From: Camelus ferus
Lineage: Eukaryota
Assembly: GCF_009834535.1 (NCBI RefSeq)
Contig: NC_045696.1
Span: 94,738,001 to 94,802,000, forward strand
Length of the DNA: 64,000 nt
Direction: 5' to 3'
This document shows positions 38,406 to 51,400 of this stretch, in pieces. A model generated the notes under the pieces. The model worked only from the letters and a program-made list of their open reading frames with translations, had not been told where the DNA came from and searched no databases. Each line of letters opens with the position of its first letter. Within the stretch, counting starts at the first letter, position 1. The position numbers and the translations under genes were made by a program.

Positions 38406-39595
38406 AGTCCTATTGGGTACAGTAGGAATTTATACTAGCTATACTAGCTAACTTGAAAGAATTCTCTTTGAAGCTTAAGCCACTATGAATATAAAATAAA
38501 ATTTTAATTTCCCAAGAAATTATTAAAACTATGTATAAAGGAATGTTACCATTATACTTATATCATTGAGAAAGTGGGAATCCATTGGGAACAGAACTGG
38601 TATAATGTGCAATATAAAAAGTATTGAAGAAAATTCAATCATTTATTCAAAATACTTATTTTTTCATTCTCTATTTATATCTTTTTTCTTTACTAGTCCA
38701 CATTTAGAGGCCATGTGATTTTTTTCTCTTTATATAATGGGTATGATAAATATCTATAACTTTCAGTCTTCTATCAACCAGGCAGTGACATGTGTCTACT
38801 GGCTAGCCATTTCTTGTGTATGGAGTTGAGGACTTTGAGAACAGTCTTAGGGACCACTTTCTATTGGGAAACTTTTGTGACTAACTTTGGGGAACTCTAG
38901 GGATTTATGAGTCATGTTTCTAAAGCTTGCTCTTTAACAGACAGAGGCCTCAATGAGCTGTCGGAATAGACTAAATGCTGTTTTTCTTTTTCTTTTTTAA
39001 AAACTACAAAAAATAAATTTATTTACTCTGATAGAGAGTATTTATCTACAGTAAAGCAATAACAACTAATATTGGTCAAATATTCAAAGTTTTTCACCTA
39101 TAACTGTGAAGGAGAGAAGAATGTTCATTATTGCACTTTAATTCAATATTAAATTTGGTGTCCTGGCCACACAGTAAAGCCAAATGGGGGAAAACACACT
39201 GGATAGGGAAAAAAGGGCAGAAGGCTGGAACTTTCACTTGAATATTCCAAAGCAAGCCAAACCATAGTATACAGTTTAGAAATTTTTATATGCGTAAAAT
39301 ATAAGGCAGACTCTGAAACTAACTCTAAGAAAAAATTAGCAATTTATAAAAGAAACTGACAGACTACAAAAGAGATTTCTATTTTGCTAGACTGTAAATA
39401 TCCCATTTGGACATTAATTCAAGATATTTAATAGAAGGACCACTTCCCAGATAATGTTAATATTTTAAGGACTTTAAATTTTAAACACTGATTTCTCTAG
39501 GACATATTCTATCATTTGAAGTAGAAATAACATCCAAAGAATGTCTTAGTAAACAATAAACTGATTTTTAACTATATCATCTATGATCAATTCAG

Positions 39596-40070
39596 CAAAA
39601 TAGAGAACAAAAGTGACTCCATATTATGTTTTCTTTTACTTTAAACTTTGTGTTCTATTGCTTTTGCTACAAACTAAGAACATTGCCTAGAGCCTGAATA
39701 TACATGACAGCAGATTCTCAAGGCTCTGGCCTTTAAAGGTATAACACTTTTCCATTCATAAAGAGATGAAAAATTGCAGAACAGAGCAAAATATTTGTCT
39801 TGTTGCAGGTTTACAGGAACATAAGTGACCTGACCTATTGGACAGCTGCAAGAACAAAGGCATCCCACACCAAAGATTTTGCAACAACCAATCATACTCT
39901 CTCTCCTTTTAATATAAAAGAAGTCTGAATTCTAAGATGGTTCTTTGGGACACAAGTTCAGCATCTTTTCAGTCTGCTGGCTCTCTGTTGCTATTCCTTG
40001 CTGCAACAATTCATCTCTTGGTTTACTGGCCTGTCCTGTGGCAAGCAGTACAAGCTTGGACTCAGAAACA
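39596..40070 (+). mobile_element. ERV1-class solo LTR (MER41-like) within the pseudogene 3' UTR
   Basis: 4-bp TSD TCAG at 39592-39595 and 40071-40074; CCAAT at 39888, TATAAAA at 39913; ends CAAGCTTGGACTCAGAAACA. Confidence 0.8.
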
Positions 40071-40476
40071 TCAGTAAGTTTACTACACCTTTCCAAGCAT
40101 TAAAATGGATGACTTACAGAGCTTTTCAGTTAGGAGAGGTGGGGGAAAAAAGGCAGGACAGGCAAATGATCTGCAGTTCAAAACCCAAAGTCTTGTCACT
40201 TCACATTATATCTCACCTGTTCCAGACACCATCCAAATGCTGAAAACACAAGACAGTTCTCAGAAACAGTATTACAACCCAGTGATAGCTACATGATCCA
40301 ATTACAATTAAAAAGCCCTCTATAAAAAGAAGTCCATGTATTCACAGCTATGGTGGAATCTCAAGCTCTTCCGTAGATTATTGGAAAAAACATAAATAAA
40401 TTAATAAATGCAAAAAAAACCACTTTCGGTAACATGGCAACCCACCTTTTTTGCTAGTCAGACTCCACCAGGCACC

Positions 40477-41791
40477 TCAGTACTGCCGAGATGTTCTACT
40501 GATTTTCGCAGCCCAGGCCATGAGGCCCCCCCAACAACATCCTGAACTGTTAAAGAGGCTGCGTCTGTCAAGCACGGCAGGATCTTCATGGCTTCCGGGG
40601 AGTCACTGCCCAGTCTGCACACCACATAAATGGAGAGAGAGGCCCCTTCCCGTGCACCCTACTTCCCTTCCTGGATTCCTTCTCCAAAGTGGTTCAGGCT
40701 ATCTGCATCCCTCCCTCCCAAACGTTTCAAAGGGATGTGTAGGGCATGAGGCAGATGACGGATGTCCACCTCTACGGCTGCAGGTGGGGTGACCCAGAAT
40801 CCAGAGGCACTGATAGTCGATGACAGAAACTCGCTGCTCCGGGCTCAGCAACTGCAGGGAGCGGCACTTCTCGGTGGCTGAGGAGTTGCAGAAGGCTTCG
40901 TAGTCCTGCAGGTCAGCCACAGTGGGCCGTCTCCGCCAGCTGCACAGCCGGGCCTGCACCTACGCAGCTGCACACAGCGGAAACGTCCTCCGAGGGCACG
41001 GAAGAGCAGCACGCTGCCGCTGCAAGAGGGGCCCAGACCTGCAGCCATCCTCACCCCCAGCGCCTGCCGGCGGCCCAGGACCCCAGTTACCACAGCAAAC
41101 ACCCTGCCAAGCGCGTAGCTGGTCACCATCTCCGCTGGAGGTGGCTGGGGGAATACGCAGCACAGCGAGGCCCACCACAGACTGGTCCACAGGGCGCTGG
41201 CCGACAGGAGAGGCCGGGGCTGGCACACACGGTCCTTAGCCAGGTCGCGAGGGGGCACGCTGTGGGGGCAGTCAGGCACTGCATCGCGGAGCGCCGAGGC
41301 TGGCGGACGCGCACGGCGTAGGGCACGGCGTAGGGCACGTAGTCTGCCGCTGAACGGAGGCTGCGCAGTGAGGTGCCGCCAGACGCCCTGGGCGTGACGG
41401 GCAGTGCCTTCTCGTGCAGCCCTTGGCGGGCCGGGCTGCTCACTTCTACTCTGTCGCAGCCCACGAGGTCCAGGCGGGCGACTCTGGCCTCTCAGGTACG
41501 AAGCCAGTGGGCAGCCGCGTCCCCTGAAGCCTACGACCAGCACGGGTGAGGTGGCAAAGCGCAGCTGTCCCTGCACGCCCAGCTCAGGCCGCACCAGCAG
41601 CCGGCTGTAGCGCAGAATACCTCACCTCGGGACAGGGCAGCCTTCAGCGGGAGGGGGGACGCCGGAACTAACCGCTCTGACCCCTGCTTTGCCGGAAGAG
41701 CCTCCGCCAGCCTCTGCTTCGGGGAACTCGGCACCGACTCCCGCTGGGCAGCGTCAGCCTGCAAGGTGAGCACCTCCTCCCTGGCAGCCGT
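40477..41791 (-). pseudogene. MOCS3: Disabled MOCS3 coding remnant
   Basis: Start is ACG at 41789-41791; TGA at 40477-40479; several frameshifts (first near 41620); GCGGLG loop changed to GFRGRG; VTNC changed to VTSY. Confidence 0.93.
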
Positions 41792-41800
41792 GGCAGCCTC
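40820..41800. promoter_or_regulatory. CpG island coinciding with the MOCS3 retrocopy
   Basis: The only strongly GC- and CpG-dense kilobase in the window. Confidence 0.75.
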
Positions 41801-42234
41801 TCCTGGAAGTTGTCCAGTGCTGCTTTTCTTATTACGACTGACTACACAGTATCTCTTCCTAGCTACATAACCCCACTGATTTGTCTGGATCATTATGCTT
41901 ATTTGGGGAATACTTCAGTTCCATAAAATTGTGTAGACATACTAGAAAAAAGTAGGTATAAATATAATGCATGTCAATGACCCATGTTTCATTTAACTGG
42001 AACTTCTTGAGGGCAGGAATTGTCTGTTGTGTTAGTCACTGTATTGCTAATATGTAATTGAATACAGAGTGATACAGAGTGGATGCAATACACTAAGTAT
42101 TTGCTAAATGAGTGAAACACGTAATTGTGGTAAACATTTCATTATCTCCTTGGATATAATTTTCATAATGCTATTCTAAATTTTCGACCTATTCAATAGT
42201 TTTTATTATTTTCTGAATTTTTAAAGACCTTCCT

Positions 42235-43570
42235 CCATAATCCAGACAGCGTGGTATTGGTGAAAGAATAGACAAATCAATCAATAGAGCATAAGAGAGA
42301 ATCCAGAAATAGACCCACCTATATATATATAGTCAACTGATATTTGACAAAATAGCAAAGGCAATAAAAAGTCTTTTCAACAGATGGTGCTAGAGCTGGA
42401 CATTCACACACGCGCACACACACACACAAATAGAATCTAGACACAGATCTTCTACTCTACATGAAAATTAACTCGAAATGGATCACAGACCTAAATGTAA
42501 AATGCAAAATTATTAAACTTCTAGAACATAACATAAGAGAAAACCCAGATGGCCTTGAATATGGTGATGATTTAGATACAACACCAAAGGCAGGATCCAT
42601 CAAAGGAAGTATTGATATGCTGGACTTCATTAAAATTATAAATTTACGCTCTATGAAAAAAAAAAGGTCAAGAGACTGAAAAGGCAAGCCACAGACTGGG
42701 AAAAAAATATTTACAAAAGACACATCTGATAAAGAAGTATTATCCAAAATACACAAAGAACTTTTAAAACTCAGCAATAAGAGAACAATCTGATTTTTAA
42801 AATGAGCCAAAGACCTTAACACGCACCTCACAGACACCTCACGTAGATGGCAAATAAGCATATGAAAAGATGCCTCACATCATGTCATCAGGGAAATGTA
42901 AATTAAAACAACAGTGAGATATACTACACACATGTTAGTATGGCCAAAATTCCAGAATACTGACAACGCCAAATGCTGACAAGAATGTGGAGCAAGGGGA
43001 ACCTCTCATTCATCACTGGTGGGAATGCAAAATGATACAGCCACTTTGGAAGACAGTTTGGCAGTTATTTAAAGAATTAAACATTCTCTTATCTGATCCA
43101 GCAATCTCACTTCCTGGTATTTACCCAAAGCAGTTGGAAATTTATGTCCACACAAAAACTTACACACAAATATTTGCAGTAGCTTTATTTATAACTGTGA
43201 AAACTTGGAAGCAACCAAAATGTACTTCATTAGGTGATACATACAGCAAATGGAATACTATTCAGCACTAAAAAGAAATGAGCTATCAAGCCATGAAAAG
43301 ACATGGAGGACACTTAAATGCATATTACTAAGTGAAAGAAGCCAATTTGAAAAAGCTGCATATTGTACAATTCCAACTATGAACATCCTGGAAAAAGCAA
43401 AACTGTGGAGGCAATAGAAAGATCAGTGATTGTCAGAGGTTAGGGGAGAGGGAGAGATGAATAGGAGGGACACAGAGGAAAATTCTGTGTGATACTGTAA
43501 AAGTGAATACATGTCATACATTTGTCCAAACCCATAAAATATACAACACCAAGAATGATCCTGAATATGA
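42235..43570 (+). mobile_element. L1MC1-like 3' fragment
   Basis: ORF2 remnants KINSKWITDLNVKCKIIKLLEHNI and [16 protein letters not shown]. Confidence 0.88.
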
Positions 43571-44276
43571 ATCAAATACCTAATTCTTCTTCTGCAGGTC
43601 TGTTTTTGGACATTCTGTTTGTTTCATTTGTTTTTCTGTTTATTTAAGTATGATTGCCATACTATTTATTGAGGCAGTGTAAAATATTTTAATTGTTTAA
43701 CATGGAAAAGCTCTTTCTCCTGCGCTGCTTTTCTTTTTTTCAGAGAAATTCTTAGGGCTCAGAATTTAAAAAAAATTTTTTTACAGCTGCCTAGAAATTC
43801 ATTGTATGGATGCACTTAATTCATTCAACTAATCACCTATTTATGGACACTTGGTTATATTCTTTTGATTTTACAGACAATGCTGCATGTATGTAATTTT
43901 ACAGATATTCAAGTATTTATAAAGAATTAGTTTAAATAAATATTAAATAAATGAAATAAATGTTTATTTTTCCATATGGACTTTTACAAGCATCACCTCA
44001 AATAATTAAATAATACTGATGTTTTATTGGGATTTTGCAAATTAGCTTACAGAGAATTGACATTTATGATATTGATTCTTCTTATCCAAGAATGGGTATA
44101 CCTTTCCATTTGTTTGAGGCATTTTTGTATATATCCTTCATTAGTATTTAAAAATTTCCTTCTTATGTCACTTACACATTTCTTACCAACTTTACTCCTA
44201 AGCATTTTGTTATTTTTGTTTTTATTTAAGTGGGATCTTTTTTTTTCTATTATATCTTCTAAGTGACAGTTGTTTA

Positions 44277-44655
44277 TGTTGTTAAAAATACAAAATTCAA
44301 CTGAGTAAATTTGAAGATCTAATTGACTTTATTCAGTGATTCAAGAATCCAGCAGCATCCCGTCTAGCAAGTAGAAAGGGACTCCAAAGAGTTGCAGAAA
44401 AGGAAAGCTTTCTTTAGATGGAAAGCAGCAGGGAAAAGAAAAAGTGCATTATCTCATCTTTCTCTGGGAGGTGGAAGACGTCTCCCAGGCAGTTTACCTC
44501 ACTATAGCTGACCAGGAAATTCCAGATTGACTGGTTAAATTCCTGGGGAAGATTGAAACTGCATTTGGCTTAGGTATTAAGTTTCAGTTTGGTGATGTGG
44601 GCTTATCACGAGTCACTCTACTTTGAGCCTGTTGTCTCTTTTTTTCTTAGCAACA
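44277..44655 (-). mobile_element. ERV1-class solo LTR
   Basis: TGTTG...CAACA termini, TTTATT (minus-strand AATAAA) near 44328, near-TSD TTTA/TATA. Confidence 0.7.
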
Positions 44656-46675
44656 TATAAAAAGCTATTGATTTTTATATTTTATTAATGTGCTCTGCTT
44701 CCTTATGGAATTCTCTTATGTTTATGGGAATTTTCCAATCAATTCTCTGGATATTTCTAAGAAGTCAGTCATATCATTAATAAATAGTGCTGGTTCTCTC
44801 TCCAGCGTTTATACCTCTAACTTCTTTCCTTTCTCTGATTGCATTTTGCAGTGCTTTCAGGACAATCATGCAAATAGTAGTGATTGAGGATGTTCTTGAC
44901 TTGAATGGTCACCACTGGTGTGCTTCTCCTTTAAGAGTGGTTAATAGTTTTCAGTGGAGATAGACTTATTTTATCTTCTGATATTTATCCATATCTATTT
45001 ATATTATTATATTCATATTCCACTATCCATTTTCATCAGGAATGGATATGAACTTTTATAAAAATGTCTTTTCAATGACTGTGGAGACATGTGATTTTTG
45101 TCCTTTGATGTAATAATATGGAGAATTATATTAATATATTTCTTAATATTAAAACAGTCTTGCATTTCTGTAATAACCTTCTTTTGGACACAAATATATT
45201 TTCCTTTACTGAGCTGATGGATTCCAGTTGGTAAAATTTTATTTAGGATTTTTTATTATTATTCATTAATGAGCTACATTTGTGGTTTTTTCCTTTCTTC
45301 CTCCCTTTCCTTCTTTTTCTCCTTCTTCCTACTTTTCTTCTTTCAAACTTTTCTAGTTTTGATTTCAATTTTGCTTTCTCAAAAATAATTGGAAATATTG
45401 AAATAGCCCCTTCTTTTTCTATGCAACAGCATGGACTTAATCTGTTACTTAGAATTTTGGTGAAACTATTTGTGTCTTGTGTTTTTGGGGGGAGAGTTAG
45501 TTATTGTTAACATTCTTTGTTTCTTCTATGGGAATTTGTTTAGATCTTCTATATATTTGGGAATTAGTTTTAGTAATTTTTTTAAAGAAAATTATGTACT
45601 TAACCCAATTTTGTGAAGTTTATTTCCATGGATTTGACTAAACAACTTTCTTGTGGATTTTTAATTTCCTCTCTTTAAGTGATTATTTATGGGCAACATT
45701 TTTTTTTCATTTTTTCTACATTAGGTTGGTTAATAATTTATCTATCTTGTTAGTATTTTTTCTTCAGAGAAACAGTTTTGCACTTTACTTATTAATTTTA
45801 TCATTCTATTTATCTTTTGAAAAATTTTCCTTCTCTCTTTTGCTTTGTTATTGTTTTTCTAAATCCTTGAATTGTGTGCTAAATTTGTTCTATTCTTTTT
45901 ATTTATTGGTAGATATATGTGTACATACATCTTTATTATAATTTGTTTTTATGTATGTAATGTGCTCCTGTAATTTTCTTGTGAACTCTGCTTTAGTTTA
46001 TCGTCAGTTTAGATATGCAGTGTTTTCATTATAGATGTTTTTAGATCACCTTTAGTTTTGGTTTTTATTTCTTTTTTATGTAGTTGTTAAAAAGAGGTAT
46101 TTTAGTGTTACTGTTTCTTAAAATTTTTATTGCAGTGAAATCAGAAAGTATTGCCTATATCCTGCATTACTTTCTGAAATTTATAGATTTTTGAAAGCCA
46201 GTATGTAACCAGTTTTCCTGGACGTTTCATGAGCATTACAAAGGAAGATATTTTATCTATTTTTGGCAGAGTTCAAATATAATACATATACTTTATTAAT
46301 TATGTTATTTAGCTCATCTGTGTACTCATATTTGTCCATTTGAATTGTCATGTACTGAGAAAGTAAAATTGAAGTCTCATAGTAATATATATTTTTATTT
46401 CTCTTTGCATCTACTATGATTTTTGCTGTATGTATAGATGCTATGTAATTTGGTTCATATTTATTTTTGATTATTTTAATTTAAGTATATATGTGTATAT
46501 ATATATAGAAAAGTGCATTAGTCATGTTACCATTTGATGAATTATTTCAAAATGAACATATTTGAATAACCACCACCCAAATAAATACGTAGAATGTTAC
46601 CAAAGTTGACTAACCAAATTTTAAAAATCGAAGCTTAATAACTTTACTGGGTAGGATATGTTTCAGTGTTGACCG

Positions 46676-47243
46676 TATAGGAGATAAGAATACGCCACTC
46701 CAAAATACACCTCTAGAAAGAATATGCCTCTTTGGCATAGGAATATTTTGAAAAAAGAGCAGCCACAAAAGAAGCTCTGAAAACAGAGTAGGTTACCCTT
46801 TTGTAAGGGAAATGTGCATTTATAAATTTATGTTCTTCATTTATAAGAGTCTCTCTCTTTCTCTCTTTCTCTGTACCAGGAAGAGAAGGATGATTTTAAA
46901 TCACAAGAGACTCATTAATGGAGAAGGCAAGGACTTAAATCTGCATAGTAAGCCTTATTCTGCTTTACCGTACTTTTCCTGGTCATTGTCCCATAACTGG
47001 CCTCCCCCACACCTTTTTTTCTTTGTTTTTGCTGAGATGGTATTTAAGTCCAAATTTTAAGCCACTTCTATCATATATATATATGTATATATGCCACTTA
47101 TATCATGTATATATATATAAATCTATATACACACATTTATATAAACTTCTGTTTGTTTTTCTCTTGTTAATTGTGTTTTGTTACAATGTCCCCAGTCTAG
47201 AAATTAGAAGGGTAGAGGGAAAAGGATTTTTCTCTACCCTTCA
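46676..47243 (+). mobile_element. MER34-like ERV1 solo LTR
   Basis: AGAATACGCCACTCCAAAATA...GCCTCTTTGGCATAGG...ATAAACTTCTGTTTGTTTTTCTCTTGTTAA...CCCTTCA. Confidence 0.8.
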
Positions 47244-47345
47244 GCTATTTTGATTCAGTATTCTCTGGCACATACTGTACTCTTACAGTCTTAACATCAG
47301 GGAATGTGGTTGAAGTATATCTTTTATATTGGCTCTGTTTTATTT

Positions 47346-47494
47346 ATTTTTTTATTTTAATTTCTTTTGGGAGGATGTAATTAGGTTTATTTATTTATTT
47401 AATTTTTTTAGAGGAGGTACTGGGGATTGAACCCAGGACCTTGTGTATGCTAGGCACACAACCACTTGAGCTATACCTTCTCCCCCCATCCCCC
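47346..47494 (-). mobile_element. vic-1-type SINE
   Basis: Perfect 16-bp TSD TGGCTCTGTTTTATTT at 47330 and 47495. Confidence 0.93.
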
Positions 47495-48066
47495 TGGCTC
47501 TGTTTTATTTTGTTCTTCTACTTTGGGAAATACAGTTATGCATATGTTGGATCTCTTGCTGTCTTCTATGTTATTTTCTTTCTAATTCCTTTTAGCTCTT
47601 TGTTTCCATTTTATCCTGCTCATTTTCCACTTTGTTCTGCTCATTATTTTGATTTCTACCCTTTTTGTCCCTTGCTTGGTTTTCTGTATATTTTTTAGCA
47701 CTTTTCTTTCCTTCTAATTTTGCCTTCATTTCTGCTACAAATTTTTCTTCTGCTTCTTTTCTTAAATCTGTCAGATTATATTTCTTCTCCTCTTGTAGTT
47801 TTGTCATTTCTTTTCTGAGTTCTTTTGTTTTTTGCTTAGGCCTTCTTTCATTAAGGAATTAATGCATTAATTTTACAATACAATTCACGGTGAAATATAT
47901 GATCATAATTTTCATCTGCTTTGTTGATATTTTTTGTTAAATGCTTTCTTTGTTGCCAAATTTTGCTGCCATTTTCATCCTCTATCTTGGAGTATCTTTG
48001 TGACAGTTTTTTGTTTGTTTGCTTTTTAGTTTCTTTTAAATTCATTCATCATTGAGTTAACTGGGT

Positions 48067-48412
48067 TGTTCTTGGTCTGTTCAGGCTGCTATAACAAAAA
48101 TACAATACACTGGCAGGCTTATAAACTGTAAATATTTATTTCTGGAGGCTGGGAAATCCAAGATCAAGGTGCTGGCAGATCAGGGTCTGGTGAGGACTGC
48201 TTTATAGGCAGCTGTCTTTTTGCTGTAAACTCACATGGCAGAAGGGATGAGGCAGCTCTGTGGGGTTTCTTTCAAATGAGGGTATTTGTTCCTCGCACAA
48301 GGGCTCTGCCCTCATGACCTAAGGTCTCAAAGGCCTCACCTCCTATTACCACCACTTTGCGGGGTAGGATTTCTAAATATGAGTTTTGGAATGACACATT
48401 CAGTCTACAGCA
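48067..48412 (-). mobile_element. MLT1A-like MaLR LTR
   Basis: CAGGCTGCTATAACAAAA...TCTGGAGGCTGGGAAATCCAAGATCAAGGTGCTGGCAGA...CTCACATGGCAGAAGGG...CATTCAGTCTACAGCA. Confidence 0.88.
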
Positions 48413-51400
48413 GGGGTTTTCCCTGGACCTGCTGTGGATGTATGGGGTTGTAGTGGGGAGATGCGTGGTGTTCCAGGTCAGATGGTTATCAGAGCACAGA
48501 GATTCTGGGGCGCACCATTGCCATGACCCTGGTTAACATCCAAACTTAAGAACTCAGTGCTAGAACAGGAAATTATGTTACATTTTGCCAACGGCATAAA
48601 TTTGCAAGTTCACGTGTTCATTCTTCCTCTGCTTTCCCAGTATGTCTTAAAGTATGGAGAAACATGTTTGGTCTCTGTGTGCTACACATACAAGTGTGTG
48701 TAGGTAATGGTGTGGGTGTGAATGTGCCTGTGGGTGTGCACTCGTGTACTTCAGCAAGGACACGAATGGCAGGACAGAAAATGCAGTGGAACTGTGCCAA
48801 TTTGATTGGTTAATCCTCTTTACCAATTGGAGTGAAACAGATAGATAATTGGTTAGAATTGAAAGACTACAGATGCAAAGGTAATAATGGACAAATATTT
48901 ATCCTCCCTCCTCCCCTATAGCTCATATCTCAGTAGTTGTAACGCTCAAGATGGGCACACTGAGCTTTGAAGTATTCAAATATAGAGTACCCATAAGAGA
49001 ACAATCACATGTGGCTGGAAGTGAATAGAGACAGAATAGCATTATTTATTTCAGACCTAAGTAGTAATAAAATGACTATATTTGATTTTAGTGCAAGTGG
49101 TTCCAACTAAATTTTTTCTTACTAGGTTTCATTAGGAAGCCAAAACAAAGAAAAATCTTACTGAAAACAGTAGGTTTTAAAATGTAATACAAATTTTTTG
49201 ACTAATTCATAACATTAGAGTCAAATTTAGTCAACTAACTTCACCTGAGATTAAATTAATTGTAAAACATTGCACAGAGTGGCTTAGGATCACAAATATA
49301 TAAATGTAGTGTCCTTTCTTCTTGACCTTGTAATTTACTAAAGCCCATGAACCATAATCCAAAAATAAGTTGGGTGAAAGGTAGATATGGGTGAAGGAGA
49401 AATTAATCCTACCTAGGGAATCATAGAAGGCTAGTGTTGGGAAATGGGGGTGTGGAAGGGTAGATTTTGCAAAGCAGACTTAAAAGGGGAAAGAGCTCCA
49501 CTAATCCTTGGGTTTGGAGTCTGTTGGGGGTCTTGTGAATGTGTAATATGCTCAAAGAGGTGGTCTTGAGGTGATAGTCTATAGCATGGGAGACATCCTG
49601 ATAAGCAGAAGCAAAATTTTGAACTTTGAACAGTCATAATGCTCATTAAGATCATTTTTCAAATGAAGAAACTAAGGGGAAGAGAAATGAATAGATTCCG
49701 TTGACGTCTCAGCATTATCAGACACTGTGCTGGGATTGAAACCACGAACTTTTCTGTTCAGTGTTTCTCCCAGTACACACATTCCCTCTAGAAGACAATG
49801 GTCAAACTGAAGAAGGCTTTGCATGCCGGAAAAGGAATATGGAATGGATCTGGGATGATTAGATCTGTAATTAGGAGATATTGGCAAGAAGAAGAGGTAG
49901 ATACAGGAATCAGGCAAAATCTGGGTTATCATAAGAAAAACATACCTCAGTTCCATTTGAAGTCTCACAGTGCCTTGGTTAGATGGCATATTTGCTAGAA
50001 TGCTTTCTGACTTTCTGGTTTAAGGAACTGTATGGACAGGCAGGATAATACAAGTATTTATGTCTATATTTGCTGTATGGGACATTAGCAGATATAACAG
50101 AATCAAGACCTGCCCATCTAATACAAAGACCTGGCTTTGCCCACATGAGTTATCCTGACTATGTCATATGAATGGCTTTCACTCTTAGGACATTTATCCA
50201 AGAGGTCTCTCCTCCCAAGGCAGCCCTTTTGAAAGGAAGTAGCAATCTAAAACAAACAAGTACTTTATGCAGGCATAAAATCAACACGTGTAATTTAATA
50301 ATCAGACTGAAACTCATTGCTATGGTTTCATTCAATATCAGCACTTAAGTACAGCCTTTCATATTTTATTACTGTTTTCCTCCTCCATCAACAGCTGAAT
50401 ACATTTCAAGTTCATCTTTTGTACAAGCAATCAATTCTCAGAAAAACTGGCTGCCGAGCTTACAGCTTGAAGAAAATAAAAAGAGGAGAATATCAATAAG
50501 CTTCCAGCTGCTTTGTCCTTTATAAGTGGTCGGATTTATGCCTGGTATGCCTGCTACCTATTTTCTGAAGCTAAGCCATTGGCTTCCAGAGGGGAAAAAC
50601 GCCCATGAACCATCCACTTTAAAGATCTTGGCATTTACCTCCGGGACTAATTAATTAGCTCTTTAGGTTTTCTCATTTGAATTAAAGACAAATTAGGATA
50701 AAGAAGAAAAAATGCATTCAGTGGCCTTATGGTTCTGATTTTGTTATTGCTTTAGTCTTGCTTGATGTGGTTGGCTTGAAGTCTAAGAGCCAGAGAGCAG
50801 GATGCACAGTTGTGATGATAGAGTGACCATAAGAAGTATAATTCCTTTATAATTGGGTTTTTACATTCACTGCTAATTACCATGCACCAGAATTGTTACA
50901 GTTCAAAAGCAATGAAAATAATGTCCATAGTTAGGAGCTTTTTGATGAAATGCATATGTAATTTTCTAACAGTGGGAGCTCTGTGGTGATTCCAGCCACA
51001 GTGAATTTAGCAGTAATTAAAATAACTTTGCTTTACAATCAAACAGTTATATTTGGGAACTGATGAAAGACCATACTCCACTTGATTTTTGTCACAGTCA
51101 TGCTCTAAGTAAAAGCTTTTCACTTGCCACCAAGAAATATACTTTCACTGAAAGATCAAAATTTTGAGGCCTCAGAGAGCATATAGTTTAGTCAACACCT
51201 AATCCGAAAGTAAATGAAGTCCTTTTGAAGCTTAAGAAGCCTGAAAATGTGAACACCACTAGGTTATTGATTTCTCAGTAAATTAAATAAAGGAAGAGAG
51301 AAGATACTGTGGCTGCATTATCTTCATCTAGGCAGTTTAAAGCATTAAGTATGTAAATCAGATGGTCCCGTAGCAGCTTCTTGCTAGAGTGGATCACTCA

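Larger units (their letters stand above)
38989..41817 (-). pseudogene. MOCS3: Full-length processed pseudogene of MOCS3 (adenylyltransferase/sulfurtransferase, UBA4)
   Basis: Fragments [95 protein letters not shown] match MOCS3; AATAAA at 39018-39023, A tail, 13-bp TSD TGCTG(T/C)TTTTCTT at 38976 and 41818. Confidence 0.95.
43590..47900 (-). mobile_element. Highly degenerate ancient L1 (L1ME-like) hosting LTR and SINE insertions
   Basis: T-rich antisense ORF2-like text (AGAGAATTGACATTTATGATATTGATTCTTCTTATCCAAGAA; TTTTCATCAGGAATGGATATGAAC). Confidence 0.6.

Noticed and set aside
40845..41594. 249-aa minus-strand ORF as a functional protein
   Set aside because: It is a mosaic of in-frame and shifted MOCS3 pseudogene sequence with a non-ATG start and lost catalytic motifs; high GC content suppresses stops.
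40451..41610. Plus-strand ORFs over the CpG island
   Set aside because: Antisense shadows of the GC-rich MOCS3 remnant.
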